A DNA stretch of 64,000 nucleotides from NCBI GenBank assembly GCA_004431415.1, contig QPMI01000058.1, positions 62,001 to 126,000 of the forward strand, written 5' to 3'. Numbering within the stretch: position 1 is the first letter of the stretch; each line of letters begins with the position of its first letter. Source of the stretch: Cyanophora paradoxa CCMP329 (taxonomy: Eukaryota > Plantae > Glaucophyta). A program made the position numbers and the translations under genes. Of this stretch, positions 1 to 12,788 are shown piece by piece. The notes under the pieces were generated by a model, which ran no database searches, was not told the origin of the DNA, and saw nothing but the letters and a program-made list of their open reading frames with translations.

Positions 1-607
1 GCGAGTCCCCAGCAGCCGCACGCTCTTCGTCAGAATTAAACGGTCCTTGTACTCTCCCGGGCGAAGAAGGATCAGCTGGCCCGCAGCAGCGCGGCGGAGG
101 GCGGACGAGATCTTGCTGCCCGCGTCCACGACGAGCGCCGACTGCGCGAAGGGCGAGTTTCAGGGCAAAAAGGGTCTCTAAACAACATAAAAGCACACGT
201 ACACCAAGTGCCGCGATCCCCCGCCAGCGTTTGCAGGTGAAGGACGCCCGGAGTTGGTCGCCGAGGGCCAGAAACCCGAAAATTGACCGGAGGAGCTCGT
301 TGGCGAGGAAGCCAGTGAAGCTTTGCGATTCAGCTGCGCTGACTAGATCTCCTCTCTGATCGTCTCCCGCGTCGCTGGGCGCATCAGATTGCGCGCTGCT
401 GACGCTACCGCGGCCTCGCGCTGACGCGCCGGAGGCACCGTCTTCCCTCGATCGCTTCGCCGGTTGCTCTGGAGCCTCGATCACTGTGCCAGAAGAGGCT
501 GATTGGGCATCATCGGCCGACCTGGGGCGCTTTCTCCGGGGATCGGATGGAAATGGGCAATCGAATGGCTCCGTGTCACCGCCTGCGTCGTCCTGTGCCG
601 CCTCCAT
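1..607 (-). CDS. F-box protein with right-handed beta-helix (pectin lyase-like) domain, FBXO11-like; 5' part only, runs off the window
   Basis: Manual translation from ATG 607 gives the F-box ...FLANELLRSIFGFLALGDQLRASFTCKRWRGIA. After a short GT-AG intron it reads SKISSALRRAAAGQLILLRPGEYKDRLILTKSVRLLG, the typical lead-in to a beta-helix. Absent from the ORF track because there is no stop in the window. Confidence 0.75.
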   Translation of the reverse strand, partial: MEAAQDDAGGDTEPFDCPFPSDPRRKRPRSADDAQSASSGTVIEAPEQPAKRSREDGASGASARGRGSVSSAQSDAPSDAGDDQRGDLVSAAESQSFTGFLANELLRSIFGFLALGDQLRASFTCKRWRGIAALGVRVLLCCLETLFALKLALRAVGARRGRGQQDLVRPPPRCCGPADPSSPGRVQGPFNSDEERAAAGDS

Positions 608-672
608 GAAAACTAGCAGACGAATGAATTCGGGGTACAGTGGTCGGAAACGTCAGTCGGGGTACAGCAGGA

Positions 673-3600
673 ATGGCGAGGAGGGTTCTCGGTGCGCCTG
701 GCCGGGCGCGGGCGACGCCTTGAGCGGAGGGTGTCGCGAGGCATTGGCTGCCGCGTGGGAGCGCCCCGCCTCGCTGATCCCCGGCAAACAGGCCTCTTGG
801 CGCTCCTGGCGCTGGCGGCCGTTGCTTCCGCCCAACTATCGAGCATTTTCGACGCATCGGACTCGGGGGCGCTCGAGAAGGTCGTCCTTGCCGCGCAGAA
901 GGATGTGCGTTCGAGTTGCACCCGCCTGGCCCACCGCCGCGCCCCGCGATACGTTGCAAACGCCGCGATACCGCTCTCTGACCATTAGCTCGCTGGACCT
1001 ATCGCAGGATGGCTCGTTCGGGAACGCCAAGACGACCTATGAGGCCGTGGAGGCTCTGAAGCTCCTCGGGAAGCCCATCCCGAAGCAGGCGCAGCTCTGC
1101 TCTTATGCGTCCGGCGCCCTCGCCAAGGTGAGCCGTCGAGAGACCGCGCCGCCGATCGCCGTGTGTTCGCGCTCGACTCATTGACGTCGCTCAGGCGGCC
1201 GGCAAGCAGGCGGGCCCCGCGTTCTACGCGGCCCGCGCGCTGGCTGCCGCGGGCTGCAAGGGCTCGCCGGCGGGCGACGAGGTCGTGAAGGCCGTCGCTG
1301 CCAAGCTGGAGCAGGCGAAGACGCTGGTCGACCTCCACCAGGCGGTCGGCGCGGCCGCGGCCCTGCAGGAGGCCGGCCTCGCCCCCGCTTCGACTTTCAA
1401 CATCGCCGCCGCCGTCCCCAAGGTTCCTACCGGCCCGCACTCTTCTGACCGCAGGCCGCTGATGGGAGCCGCGCCGGCAGATCCTCGCTCTCATGGAGGA
1501 TGACGGCTCTTTCCGCGCGTCCGAGTCGTCCGACAGCGGCTCTGCGGCACTCTCCGCTTACGCCTTCGACGCCCTCGCCGCTGCCGCCCGCGTCGGCGCC
1601 GGTGACAAGTCGGCCATCCGCGGCGCCCTGGACAAGGCTCGCCCGCGCTCTCGCCTTCTCGCGGCCGCTCGTCGCTGACCGCCGCTCTCTTCTGCAGATG
1701 GAGCAGCTTTCCGGCCTCGCTGACGAGGTGACCGGCGAGTCGGGCGAGAAGGCCCTCGCCTTCGCCAACGCGGACAAGAAGGCACCCGCGCTCCGCGCCA
1801 CCGCTCTCATCCTTTCCTCTGCGAGCCAGCTCGCCTCGGCCCTCGGCGCCTCCGCGCCCAAGGTCCCCCGCGTGCGCTCCTCCCCTCGTCTTCTTATCCT
1901 GCATCCTCTCGCCCCGCCGACCTTTCTTTCGTGCCAGACGGAGGCTGCGAAGATCGCCGACTTCGTCCTGCTCCACAAGTTCGCCTCGAACGTTGAGGAG
2001 GCGTACCTCGTCCTTTCCGTGCGCCCCTTCCGTCTTTCCTCTCCTCCACAGTCCTGTCTTGAGACGCGGGGGCTGGCAGGCTATCTCGGCGTACAAGGCG
2101 GGCGTTCCGGCGCCCCTCGCCATCCGCCTGGCCGAGACCGCCGGCGTTCCCATCGACGCGAAGGACGGCACCGTGACCGTGCGCCGCGGTTCTCCTTCGT
2201 CTCCCTTGTTGGCGGCGCCCCGCCCACGCGCGCGCGCAACCCGCAGCTCCTGGTCACCGACATGTTCGGCGCTGCGGCCGAGGGCGCCAAGGTGACTCTT
2301 ACGAAGGTGACCCCTGCCAGCGACTCTGGCAACGTCATCGCCGAGAACGTCGACGTACGTCCCTTCCCGGGATCGAACCCGCGCCTCCCGTTCCGCTCGC
2401 CCCGCCGAGCCGGCCGGCCGCGCAGCTCTCGGGCGCGAAGGGCGAGTTCAAGTTCGACCTGCTGGCCAAGAAGCCGGAGCCGGGCGTGTACGCCCTCACG
2501 CTCTCGGTCGCGGGCCCGGCGCCGGTCAAGCGCGCGGTGCGGGAGGTCAAGGTGACCACCGCCGCGACCATCGTGGACTTCGAGGTCGACACGAGCGACG
2601 CCCGCCTGGACGATGACGTCGCCGAGCACAAGAAGGTCAAGGCCACGTACCCGTCCGCCGTCTCGGCCCCCGTCGCCGTCGACGCCGACACGCGCCTCAA
2701 GATCTCCTACAAGGTGCGCCGCGGCGCCCCCCGCGCCCTCCCGCCCTGCGCGCCCCTGACGACGTACCCCCCTCCCCAGGTCAAGAACGTCGCGACCGGC
2801 AAGCCGATGCAGCCGCACCAGTCCTTCGTGACCCTCACCAGCGTCGCGACCGGCAAGCAGGTCCGCCCCTGTACCTCCCTCTTCTCGACCGCCCCGCCTC
2901 GCGCCGACGCCGCGAAAGGTGGCCGTGCTCGTCGCCAAGTACGTGGACAAGCAGTACACCATCGTCTCGGACGTCGGCCTCCTCAACAACGAGAAGCTGC
3001 GCGGCGCCTCGGGCGACTACGCCGTACGCCCCTCCCTTCCGTCCCTCCCTTCGTTCGCTCCTCACTTCCGGCGCTCGCTCGCTCGGGTCAGGTCTCGGTC
3101 ATCGTCGGCGACGTCGTGATGCCCCGCTCGATCGTGTGGAAGGCCGCCACCCTCGCCGCCACTCTCCGTACCCCGGAGAACGCCACCAAGAAGTGCGTGT
3201 ACCCCCTTTCCTCTCCCCCCCCTCCTTTTCTGACGCTCTCTCGGTCAGGTTCGACCTGCGTGACGTGGCGGCGGACCGGCTGCTCACCGAGGCCCAGGCG
3301 GAGATCAAGCACCAGTTCCGCGCCCCGGACCGCCGCCCCTCGGCCCAGTTCTCGTACCTCTTCACGGCGCTCGTCCTCGTGCCCCTGCTCGTCCTCCTTG
3401 CCTCGCTGGGCGCCCTCGGCGTGAACCTCAGCAACCTGCCCAAGTCGGGCACGGGCTCCATCGCGGCGCTCGTCTTCATCGGTACCCTCGTTGGCATGGT
3501 CTTCGTCCTGTCCTCCTTCTTCTTCTCCTGGACCTTCTTCCCCGTCGTCAAGGTCCCTCCTTGTCCTCCTTACATGATTTGATCCTCTTTCTTATTCTAT

Positions 3601-3712
3601 CCTTCGTTCGCAGAGCCTCATCGCCCTGGCCGTTGTCGCCGTCTTCTCGGGCCACGCGACGCTGCGCGAGGTCGCCGCGGCCTCCCGCGCCACCAAGGCC
3701 AAGGCCGCGTAG
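673..3712 (+). CDS. RPN2: Oligosaccharyltransferase subunit ribophorin II (RPN2/Swp1), ~15 exons
   Basis: Signal peptide MARRVLGLLALLALAAVASA; motifs PHQSFVTL, SGDYAVSVIVGD and EIKHQFRAPDRRPS; three C-terminal TM segments; ER-retrieval KxKxx end (KAKAA*). Introns are consistently GT/GC-AG. Confidence 0.88.
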
Positions 3713-4064
3713 GGACGCCCGCCCTCCACAAAGCTGCAGCTTGATAGGCTTTTTTAATTTGGTTCACGCGCACGATTTCCCGGGCGTGCCATGGGCTGGG
3801 GTTGCGCTGCATGCAGGCGGGGCGCGGACCGCATGCAGGCGGCTCTGATTGCGGGAACTACAAAGTTTTGCGCATGCGGGCGCTTTGAATTCTGCAAATG
3901 TAATTACGCGAGATTTAGGGATGCTGCGTTACATGTAGACTCTACATGCGTTCGAAGAGAAGACGAGATCCGGAAGAGGATAAAAAGGACGGAAGAAGGG
4001 AGTTGGCGCCTCGAAGTCGGGCTCGCAGATGTACAGAAACGAGAGACGACCGGAGACGCTGCCG

Positions 4065-6634
4065 CTAGGCCGGGACGGCCTCTTCCTCGGTGCCGCCGAT
4101 GGGCGCGCCGGGAAGCGGAGAAAGGTCAAACACGCTCGCGTCCGCGTCGCCGCCGGCCGCGGCGGTAGCGGGGGCGGGGGCGGGGCCGGGGGCGGGGGCA
4201 GGGGCGGGGTCTGCGGCAGCGGCCGCCTCCGCCGGCTGCGGCCCGACCGCGTCCGTCTTGATGGCCGGCGGTGGCGGGGCGGGCGGCGCCGCGGCAGCGG
4301 CCGCCTCTGCCGGCTGCGGCTCGACCGCTTCCGTCTTGATGGCGGGCGGCGGCGGAGCGGGCGGCGCCGCGGCAGCGGCCGCCTCCACCGGCTGCGGCTC
4401 GACCGCTTCCGTCTTGATGGCGGGTGGCGACGGGGCGGGCGGCGCCGGCGCCGGCACGGCGGCCGCGGAGCTGGCACCAGCCTCGGGCGGGGCGGCGACA
4501 GCGGCGGCGACGGCAGCGGCGGCGGCAGCGGCGGCGGCGGCGGCGGAGGCGGCAGGCTGCTCCGCCTCGTCGGCGCCCCGCGCGACCTGCAGCAGCGCCT
4601 CCACCGCGTCCGTCGGCGCGTCCCGCGCCTTGCCCGGCCCCGCGGCCGCGGCCGCGCCGGCCCGGCCCGCGCCGCCTCCTTGCCCGGGCCCTCCTCGCCG
4701 CCCTCCGCGTGGCCCTCGCGGTCGCCCCCCCGCGGGCCTGCTTGCCGGCCGCGCCGCCGCCGCGGCGGCCGGTGACCTTCACGGCCTTGTCGGGCCGCGC
4801 GTTGAAATCGATGGCGGAGGACGAGCGCGAGGCGTTGCTCGCGACCTCGACGTCGCTGCCGGCGCCCTCGTTCCCGCTCAGCGACTCCGCACCGTCTTCG
4901 TCGTACCCCGCCCGCCGGCCCCCAGCGCGCTGCCGCCGCGCTTCTTCCGCTGGCGCTGGGCGCGGGCCCCGCGGGGCGGCCGGTGCCGCGGCCCGGCTGG
5001 GCGCCCCGTCGCCGCCGTCGCTGCGCCTTCGCTGTCGCTGTCGCCCTCCAGCTTCGCCTTCTTGTGCGCCGCCGCAACCGCCGCCACGAGCGCCGCGGCG
5101 CCCGTCGCCGCCCGCCGCGACGGCCGCCCGCTCTGCGTCGTCGCCGGCGGGGCCGACGTGGCCGAGCGGGCGTCCTCCGCGTCCAGCGAGCCGGCCGCCG
5201 CCCGCCTGCTCGGCGAAGGCGACGCGTGCAGCGAGTGCACAGACTCCGTGTCGTTGTCGTCCTCGACGTCCGCCCGGCCCCGGCCCCGTCCCCGGCCGCG
5301 CCCGCGACAATGCGCGCCGCGGCCCCTCCCCCGGGCGGCGGCGCCCCGGCCTCGGCCGCGCCCTTTCGCCTTCGTCTCGTCCTCCGCGTCCGACGGCGCG
5401 TCGCCAACGACGTCGACGGTCTCCTCGCCGCCCGCCGCCTCCTCCGCCTTCGACCCGTGCCCCCGGCGCCGCCCCGCTTGCCGGCTCTGTTTCCTCGTCG
5501 GGCCGTCCGAGTCCGATTCCGTGTCGCTCTCCATCTCCTGCTGCGGCTGCTGCGACTGCTGCGGTTGCTGAGACTGCTGCTGCGCGTGCTGCTTCTTGGG
5601 ACCCGCTGCGGCCGCCGGTCGCGCTGGCGCCGCCTGCGCCGGGGCCGTGGAGGACGATGCGCCTTCGGGCTGCTGCTCCCCCGACGCCGACAGCCGGCTG
5701 AGCTCCTCCGCGCGTTGCCTCATCTCATCGGAAACCGGCCGTTGCTTCCTGCAAGAGAAGTGTCGGCGGGCGGGGGACGACACGATGCACCGCGAGGGGG
5801 CAAGACGCACTGGTGCTTCAAAAAGTAAAGACCGCACGCGTTGCACATGTACTTGCCGTCGGCAGCCTGCGCCGGGGGCGAGGGCCTCAGGGCTGCTGGC
5901 GAAGAAAACCACGACTCAGCGGTAGCACCTTGCGCCACAGAGGCGTGCTGGTAGCTCCGCAATTTTGGCAGCTGAAGTTTCCAACAATAGGACCAGCGGT
6001 CGCCTCTCCCTGCTGGAAAGAAGGAAGAGGATTTCAGGATGCGGGCAAACAGAACTGCAAGGACTCGCACCGACTTCTTCTTGTACAGGCCGGTACGCAC
6101 GTACTCGCGCTTGCCGGTGTCCGGATCATGCCGGCTGCAGCGCGCAGCAAGCTGAGAAGGGGATGCGGTACGCAAGCAAGGCGGAGGCGAGGAGACCACC
6201 TCGCAGTCGACGCGCGTCCCGAGCTGCCGCGTTTCGCTTTCTTCTTCTTTCGCGCTTTCTTCTCACTGTCATCGCTGCTGCCCTCGGACGACGTCTCCTG
6301 TTTCTTCCTTCTCCCTGACGGCCGCTTCGTGGCGCCGGGCTGGAACTCGCTGTCGGCTGCAGGCCGCGAGATCAGCGAAGAAAGAGGCGTGAGCATGATG
6401 AAGCTCGAACCCGACGAGCTCTCCTCTTTCAAGACCGCGCGCTGCGGTTGAGGAGATGCGATCAATTCAGCTTCGAAAGTGACCCGTAGCAAGTGACTGC
6501 ACCTTCTGCGCGTTGCGGCGGAAGGATCCGGTCGCCAACAGCTCAGCTGCTGCGGTCTCTGCAGCGACCACATCGGCGGCTGGATCTGCGGCCGCTGGGA
6601 GCGGAACTTGGTGAAGTTCTATCGCTTGAGACAT
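4065..6634 (-). CDS. GATA-type zinc-finger transcription factor with long low-complexity C-terminus (apparent frameshifts in G-runs)
   Basis: Spliced exons give [29 protein letters not shown] (C-x2-C-x17-C-x2-C) and a basic NLS-like KKARKKKKAKR. The 3' part is spread over several frames between 4.1 and 4.9 kb. Confidence 0.8.
4213..4446. repeat. Three copies of a 78-bp coding tandem repeat (PPAIKT[E/D]AVxPQPxEAAAAA)
   Basis: Unit starts at 4213, 4291 and 4369. Confidence 0.85.
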
Positions 6635-7109
6635 CGCTGTTCCCGTGACATCCCTGCGGCATCCGATGATCAGGAAGCGCATACTCGAGAACATGGAGAA
6701 GACGTGTCGAGGGCTCCACAGACCCGGGCGATGACTGCGCGACGATCAATTGTCTCTCTCAGCCGCGGTGGGTGGGCTCTCGCGGAGCGTCATACCTCGA
6801 CGGCCGTGATTGCCGGCTTCGTTTCGTCGCCTTCAGTGGCCATTCACAGGTCCTCGGCCCGATCAAGCTCGGATGCCGATTTCTAGCCGCTAGGGCACCG
6901 CCGGCTTTCGAGCTCCCCCTTCCGCTTTCGCTTCCGCTTTTCTCGTCGAGCTGAGAGACGCCTCCAGAACACTGCCCAGAACGCTGTCAACTCCACGAAC
7001 TTTTGATCCGCAAACTGCTTCCGAGCTGTACCCGGCCGAGCAAGAATTGAAGTGAAAGGGCGATCCCGGCCGGTGCTCGCGCTGTTCCGCGATAGCATCG
7101 TTCGCGGCG

Positions 7110-9084
7110 ATGGCGTTCGCCACAGCAGACTGGCCTGGCCGCCGTTGGCTGCTGGCCGGACTGCTCGTGCTCGCTGCCGTCGTACCGGCGGCGCTCGGTG
7201 ACGGCGGCTTCAAGGCCCTTCGTTTGCAGCCGGGCGAGAGCCCTTCAAGCGAGACTGGCGTTTCCCAGGCCGCCGTCGGAGGGAAGCTGATCTTCGCATA
7301 CGAGCCCGCTCCCGGCGTTACTGCTTTGTCGCACATCCTCACGATGCCAATTGGTGCGACGCGAATCCGTCGCTCTCTTCCGCTGCGTCGCTTCGCTCAA
7401 CCAAACCGCTGCCGTCCAGGCTCGCTTCCGGACAACGACGCCGAGCTGGGAAAGGTGCCCCTGCCGAACTACCGCGTGCGGACAGTGATGCAGTGGAACG
7501 ATACGTTTGTCGGCGTGTTCGCTGGCCACTACGGCTCAGTCGTGCGCGAATCCTGCGAGCGAACCTCCGTGCTCTAGCTAACGCGGCCGCGCAGTACAAG
7601 TACCACACGCTGCTGCTCATCGACAACACGCCGAAGGTGGCTGCCGAGATCGACTTCTCCAGCGGTGCGTCGGCGCGCCGCCCTTCGCCCCGACAATCCC
7701 GACTGAGCCGCCGCAGCGTTCAAGGGCGCCGTGCACTCCGCGCGGGCCACTGGTCGCCCTGACGAGGTTATGATCCAGACCATCAAGCCGGACGGCCAGA
7801 GCGGGTCCGCACGCTCGCCCGCGGCTACAGCTTAAGTGCCCGTGCGGCCCCTCACGGAGGGCTTGCAGTTACAACCTGCACCGGTGCCAGCTGGACTACT
7901 CGCAGCCGGGCGGGATCGCGCCGAGGTGCGAGGTGTACATCCAGAGCCAGGCCGACTTCACGATGGACCTCGTCGACATGTGCGCCCCGCCCGCCGCCCG
8001 CCGCCCGCCCCTTCCGAACGCGGCGCCGAGCGAGCGAGCGAGCGAGCGGGCCCGCGCAGCGTGGACGGCCTCGCGTACATCGTGCACGCGCCGGTGAACC
8101 CGACGGCGCCGGGCCGCGGCTCGGAGGTGCTGGTCGTCGACACGCGGCTGCCGCCCGAGTCCCCCACCGCCGAGCGCGTCAAGGCCCAGCTCGAGTCGCG
8201 TACCCTCCCCGGCCGCCCCTACATCTTCCGCGGCAACACTTTCGGCGCCGCCGTCTTCGAGTGCGGCTGTACCCCGCCGCCTCTCCGGCCTTGTACCCCT
8301 GACCGCCCCGGCCCGCCCGCGCAGCCGGGCGACGCAGGAGCTGATCGTCCACGCTGTGGACGCGCAGGACCCGGTCAACGGGGACCACTTCCTCCTCCAC
8401 ATCGCCACGGCCGCCTCGCCCATGGCGCTCGCCAAGGCGGTCAAGCTGCCGGCCTCGGCCCCGCGCGACGTGCAGGCCATGGCGATCGACCCGGCGAGCG
8501 GCCGCGTGCACTTCCTCGCCCTTCCCAGCAGCAGCCTCGCCGTCTACACGTACACGGTGGCCACGGGGGGCGTCTGCAGCCAGGCCCCCGAGGTCTCCAG
8601 CGAGCGCCCGCCTGCCGCCCGCTCCCTCCTCATCGCCAACGGTCCGCCTTGCGCTCCTCCTCCTCCTCTCGCCTTCCTCACGCGCGGGCGGGCGGCAGGC
8701 GTGATGTACGTGGGGAGCGCGGGCCAGGACGGCTCGGGCTCGTGGCTGCTGGCGGCCAGCCTGCCGCTCCCGGACTGCGGCTCGGGGTCGCCCCCGGTGG
8801 AGGAGGTCCACCCGGACGTGGGGCCCCCGCCCCCGGCTCAGCAGGAGGAGGCGGCGGCGGAGACTACGGGCAAAGGTCGCTCCGCAGACGCGAGCGACAG
8901 TGCGCCCCGCCCCGCCCCTCCCCCCGCCCCCGCCCCCAGAGATTCTAAAAATAGGTATACTTTAAACTGCGCAGGCGATGACTTCAACGAGCGGACGAGC
9001 TTCATCGTAGTGGGAGGCTTCGCCATCCTCTGCCTCCTCCTCTTCCTGTGCTCCAGGGCCTTCGTCTCCAAGGAGTCCTCCTAG
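7110..9084 (+). CDS. Type I membrane protein of unknown function, multi-exon
   Basis: N-terminal signal peptide (RRWLLAGLLVLAAVVPAALG), beta-rich ectodomain across short GT-AG introns, and C-terminal TM IVVGGFAILCLLLFLC with a short tail. Confidence 0.65.
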
Positions 9085-9355
9085 TCTATTCTAGTTTATT
9101 CGTTAGGCTGCTTACGTTTGTATTCCACCGTACTAGTTGCATATCTGTGCAGCCCCCCGCCCGTCGCGGGCGCCGGCGCGCCTTGCACCTTGCCGCACCA
9201 TATGAACTGACGGGGCGCCGTAGAATCTATTGAAAGAAGCTACACATCTAGTCATGTACTGCGCTGCGCTGAGAAACAGCTACCTGTCATGTCTAACTAA
9301 ACTGAAAGAGCGGCGCGCCAAGAACGATCTGCCGCTGCCGGCGACGTGCTGCTGG

Positions 9356-9700
9356 TCAATACGACGGCAGCTGATCCCACGTCCAGTCTCTGTATCCGCG
9401 CCAGGAGAAGTACGCCATGCAGCAGCCCCAGATGCCGGGCGTGAAGCAGATGCCGCCGAGCACCATCAGCGCGCGGCCCGTCTGCACCATGTCGTGCTTG
9501 CTGTCGGCCTGGACGACGCGCGCGGCCAAGAGGATGCCCCACGTGAGCGTGAACGAGCCTATAGTGAGCAGGACGAGAGCCAGGGCGAACTCCTTCTTCT
9601 TCTCGATTTCGGGGACGCGACTCCGTGGCGCCGGAGCCGCATGCGCAGCGTCCGTCTCGTCGCCGGCGACCTGCTCATATCCCGCCTGTCTCCTCCGCAT
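9356..9700 (-). CDS. TMEM230/TMEM134-family two-TM protein
   Basis: Single-exon 114 aa ORF with two TMs and the C-terminal FTPG...AYFSWRGYRDWTWDQLPSY signature. Confidence 0.75.
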   Translation of the reverse strand: MRRRQAGYEQVAGDETDAAHAAPAPRSRVPEIEKKKEFALALVLLTIGSFTLTWGILLAARVVQADSKHDMVQTGRALMVLGGICFTPGIWGCCMAYFSWRGYRDWTWDQLPSY

Positions 9701-10052
9701 CGCTGTGCCGAGTCACTGTAGCGCAGAGATCTGTCGCTTTTTAGCCGCTCGACGCGCTCAATGGCCGCTGAAAATGCACCTCGACGAAGCGGCGGAGAGC
9801 TGTGGAGCGCGCTCGACCGCTGGATTCGAGCCTGCTCACGGATGGCCGCCAGTGTCGATCCGCAACAGCTGGGTTCGACTCAGCAGGGTGCGGCTTTTGA
9901 GGTCGAGGGGTGAGCGGCGGGCGCGGGCAGCGAGCGGGCGCGGGACGAGTGTTTGAGTGTCTGGCACGGCCTGTGTAGGGTTACAGCGTCGTGGACGAGC
10001 GGCAGGCGCCGCAGCTTGAAACCAGTCGGCCGCGTCCGGCGGAGCCGCGCGG

Positions 10053-10721
10053 ATGTCGAACGTGTAAGCGATGCTGTGATGCGCTTCGTAAACCGCAGCT
10101 GAGCCCGCCCTCCGCAGCATCAACAAGAACGCGGGCTTGCTCACGAACTACGAGGTCTACGAGTTCCTGAGCCGGCAGCGCGACGAGCGGAAGGAGCACG
10201 ACGTGCCCAACCGATCCGATGCGCCAGCTGTGGAGCGCAAGAAGGACCCCGACAACCTGCTGATCGTCGAGGCCCAGGTGCGCAGCGCCCGCTTAGCTGC
10301 CGGCTCGCCTGCGAGCCGTTCGTCGCGTCAGGTGCTCGAGTTCCTTGAGAAGACGCCGGCGGTGCACCAGAGCACGGAGCAGATCACGAGTTTCCTGCAG
10401 CAGCTCGAGGGGAGCAACCTGACCAAGGCCGAGAAGCTGCAGCTGATCGACCTGCGGCCCCGCACGCTTGTCGAGATCCACCTGGTGCCTCTCTGCTCGC
10501 CTCCGGCACTCGGCGCGGCTGATCGGTCCCCGCAGATCGTGGAGCAGTGCGACGAGCGGCTGACGGAGGACCAGACTATCCAGCTCCTCAGCATCGTCAA
10601 CGACTGCTTCCCGCTTCCCGCGCCGCCCCCAGAGGAAGCTGCGGCGGAGGGGGACGAGGCCGAGGCCGGCGGGGAGGCTGAGGCCGCCGAGGGCGGCGAC
10701 GCGATGGCGGAGGGCGAATGA
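10053..10721 (+). CDS. CRCP: RNA polymerase III subunit RPC9/C17 (CRCP)
   Basis: Spliced MSNVINKNAGLLTNYEVYEFL ... LTKAEKLQLIDLRPRTLVEIHL IVEQCDERL, with three short GT-AG introns. Confidence 0.85.
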
Positions 10722-11343
10722 GCAGAGGGGGCGCCCCTGCTTCATCCATACCCCCGCGCTTCCACTCCGGCGCTCGATCCCGGGGGACCGCGGCAGCCGC
10801 CCCGCAGCTTTTCTATCGCTCGGTATATGCACCGTTCCCAGGGGGGCGGCCCCCTTGCCCTCCCCTCTCGAGCTCCCGGCCTGGATGGGGAGTGGGGGGG
10901 ACGCCGCGCGCTCCCCGGAGGGACCATCGATTTTCCCGACCCATCTGGATCTTGCCGCCGCGCCCCACATGCAGCCGCTTCGATTCGATTCTCTAGATAT
11001 GCGTAGCCGCCCTTCAGATGTGCTTGCAATTTTACGTGACGTCTTACGACGTACATCGCCGATATCGATGGCAGCCGACGTCGACTGCCGTCCCATCCGC
11101 GCTAACTCGCCATGACCCAGAGGGATGAACTTCGGAACTGGCACACGCAAAGGAGAACAGAGCCTGAGATCTATGTGATGCGGAAAACGCTGGGGCGAGC
11201 TTTGATTCTCACTGAATATGCATCCGAGCACATGGCAAATCAGATAGACCTGAGCTAAGGGGAGGGTCCACTGGGCTGGCCCTCCCGCCTCGGCGCAGCG
11301 CTGCCGATCGGAAGCCGGCGGGGCGCGCGGCGGGGCGCTACGG

Positions 11344-11961
11344 CTACAGCGGCTTCTGCTCGACCTTGCCGGTAGCCGGGTCGCTCACGATCATCACGCG
11401 GCGCTCCTTCTTCTCGCCGCCCTCCGCGCCGTCCTCGTCCTCGTCGTCGTCGTCGCCCGCCATCTCCGGGAAGATGTCGGCGAAGGCGTCCGGGTTGCGC
11501 TGCCGGCACTCGTCCATCGCCTTCCACACGTCCACGCACTCGGTTATGTCCTGCGCGTGCGGCGGGGGGGAACGAGCGCGTGAGAGCGTTCACTGGAGAG
11601 CTTAGCTAAGCGCAGGCGGCCGCGGGTCTCGCGCAGCTCCGCTTCTCCGCGCGGGGCCCGTGCCGGTCCGCGGCGCGCGAAGCCTCTCGAAGCGCTGGCT
11701 CGTCCAGCGCGCGCGGCGCATTCTAGAAACGATAGAGAGCGGTCGAACCTCATCCTGGCCCTTCTTCTGGTAGCACGCGACGAACGCGGCGACTTGATCT
11801 CCGCACGGGCCCTCAAACAGTCGCCTCATAATCTCGCAGGACGAGCACCCGGGCTTCTTCTCCTGCCCATCCTCGCCATTTGCGTCTGCCGCTGCGCCCG
11901 ACGGGCCTGCTTCCGGCTGCGCTGCCGCCTGGCTCTCCTTGCTCGCCTCGTGCGTGGTCAT
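11344..11961 (-). CDS. Twin CX9C (Mia40/GCK-like) small protein, two exons; intact copy
   Basis: CSSC...GPC-x9-C | C-x9-C (CGDQVAAFVAC, CVDVWKAMDEC), then NPDAF and an acidic tail. Confidence 0.7.
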
Positions 11962-12297
11962 CTGACCGTCGCAGCAGAATCGCTCCTAACGCTTTTAAGA
12001 CGCTCGAACGCTCGTCCCGCAGACCGCTCGCTGCCAGCGCGCGCCGCTCGCCCTGGACCTCGAAAGCCGCGTCCGACGGAATTGAACCGCGGTCTTGGAA
12101 TCAATCGATCCGCCAGCGAGAAAACCAGCGCGCGGGCGCGCTCCACGGCCCCGCCTCGTCACCGAGGTGCACCTGCCGAGCGGTTCTCTGCGTACGATTC
12201 AACTCACATGACCTTTTGGTTCTTATCGCCCAGATGGATCGCCCAGACAACGCTGCATTCGTCCAGGCTGCGAACGCATTCACGCGGCTTTGCAAAG
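11601..12297. repeat. Inverted segmental duplication A (partner ~42578-43324)
   Basis: Near-identical CX9C exon 1, intergenic region and start of the HAPSTR1-like gene, in opposite orientation. Confidence 0.92.
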
Positions 12298-12344
12298 CGA
12301 GCGAATATGAGCTCGAGCAGTCGAAGATCAGCAGTCGAAGATGA
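12234..12344 (+). pseudogene. 5' fragment of HAPSTR1-like gene
   Basis: MDRPDNAAFVQAANAFTRLCK matches the start of the ORF at 42631, then homology is lost. Confidence 0.8.
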
Positions 12345-12788
12345 GCGGCTGCGCGGCCGCGGCCGCGGCGCATATGTATCGAGTAGCGCACGCGCAGGAA
12401 GCACGCCTTCGATAGCGAGCGGTGCGGCTGGCATGCGGCTGGCATGCGCGCGCGCGCGCACGGCCGCGGCCGGCCGCGGCCGCGTTCGAATTCGCGGCTG
12501 GCACCCGCAGCGCCATGCATATAACCAGCCGCGCCGGCGCCTAGGCCTAGGCCGGCCGACGCAATGCGCGTGCTAACCGCGCGCATGCGAATGGCCGGCG
12601 CATGCGAGTCATCCGGATCCCTCCTCGTCCTACCATAGTACGTCCGCGGCCGGGATCCCCTAGCCTCCTCGCGGCCTTCTAAAAATTTCGCCTTCTGAAT
12701 TTCTTTGCCGCAGTGCTTGTCACATCACACTGTGACAGTACATTACGAAGGATCATTCCGACTCGGCGAGTTTTTACCCACATGATTA

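Noticed and set aside
4600-4930. Frame changes in the GATA gene as programmed frameshifting
   Set aside because: They fall in G/C runs and GC-rich tracts where consensus indel errors are the simpler explanation.
12747-12757. GAAGGATCATT, identical to the 3' end of 18S rRNA
   Set aside because: The match is only 11 nt with no flanking rRNA similarity.
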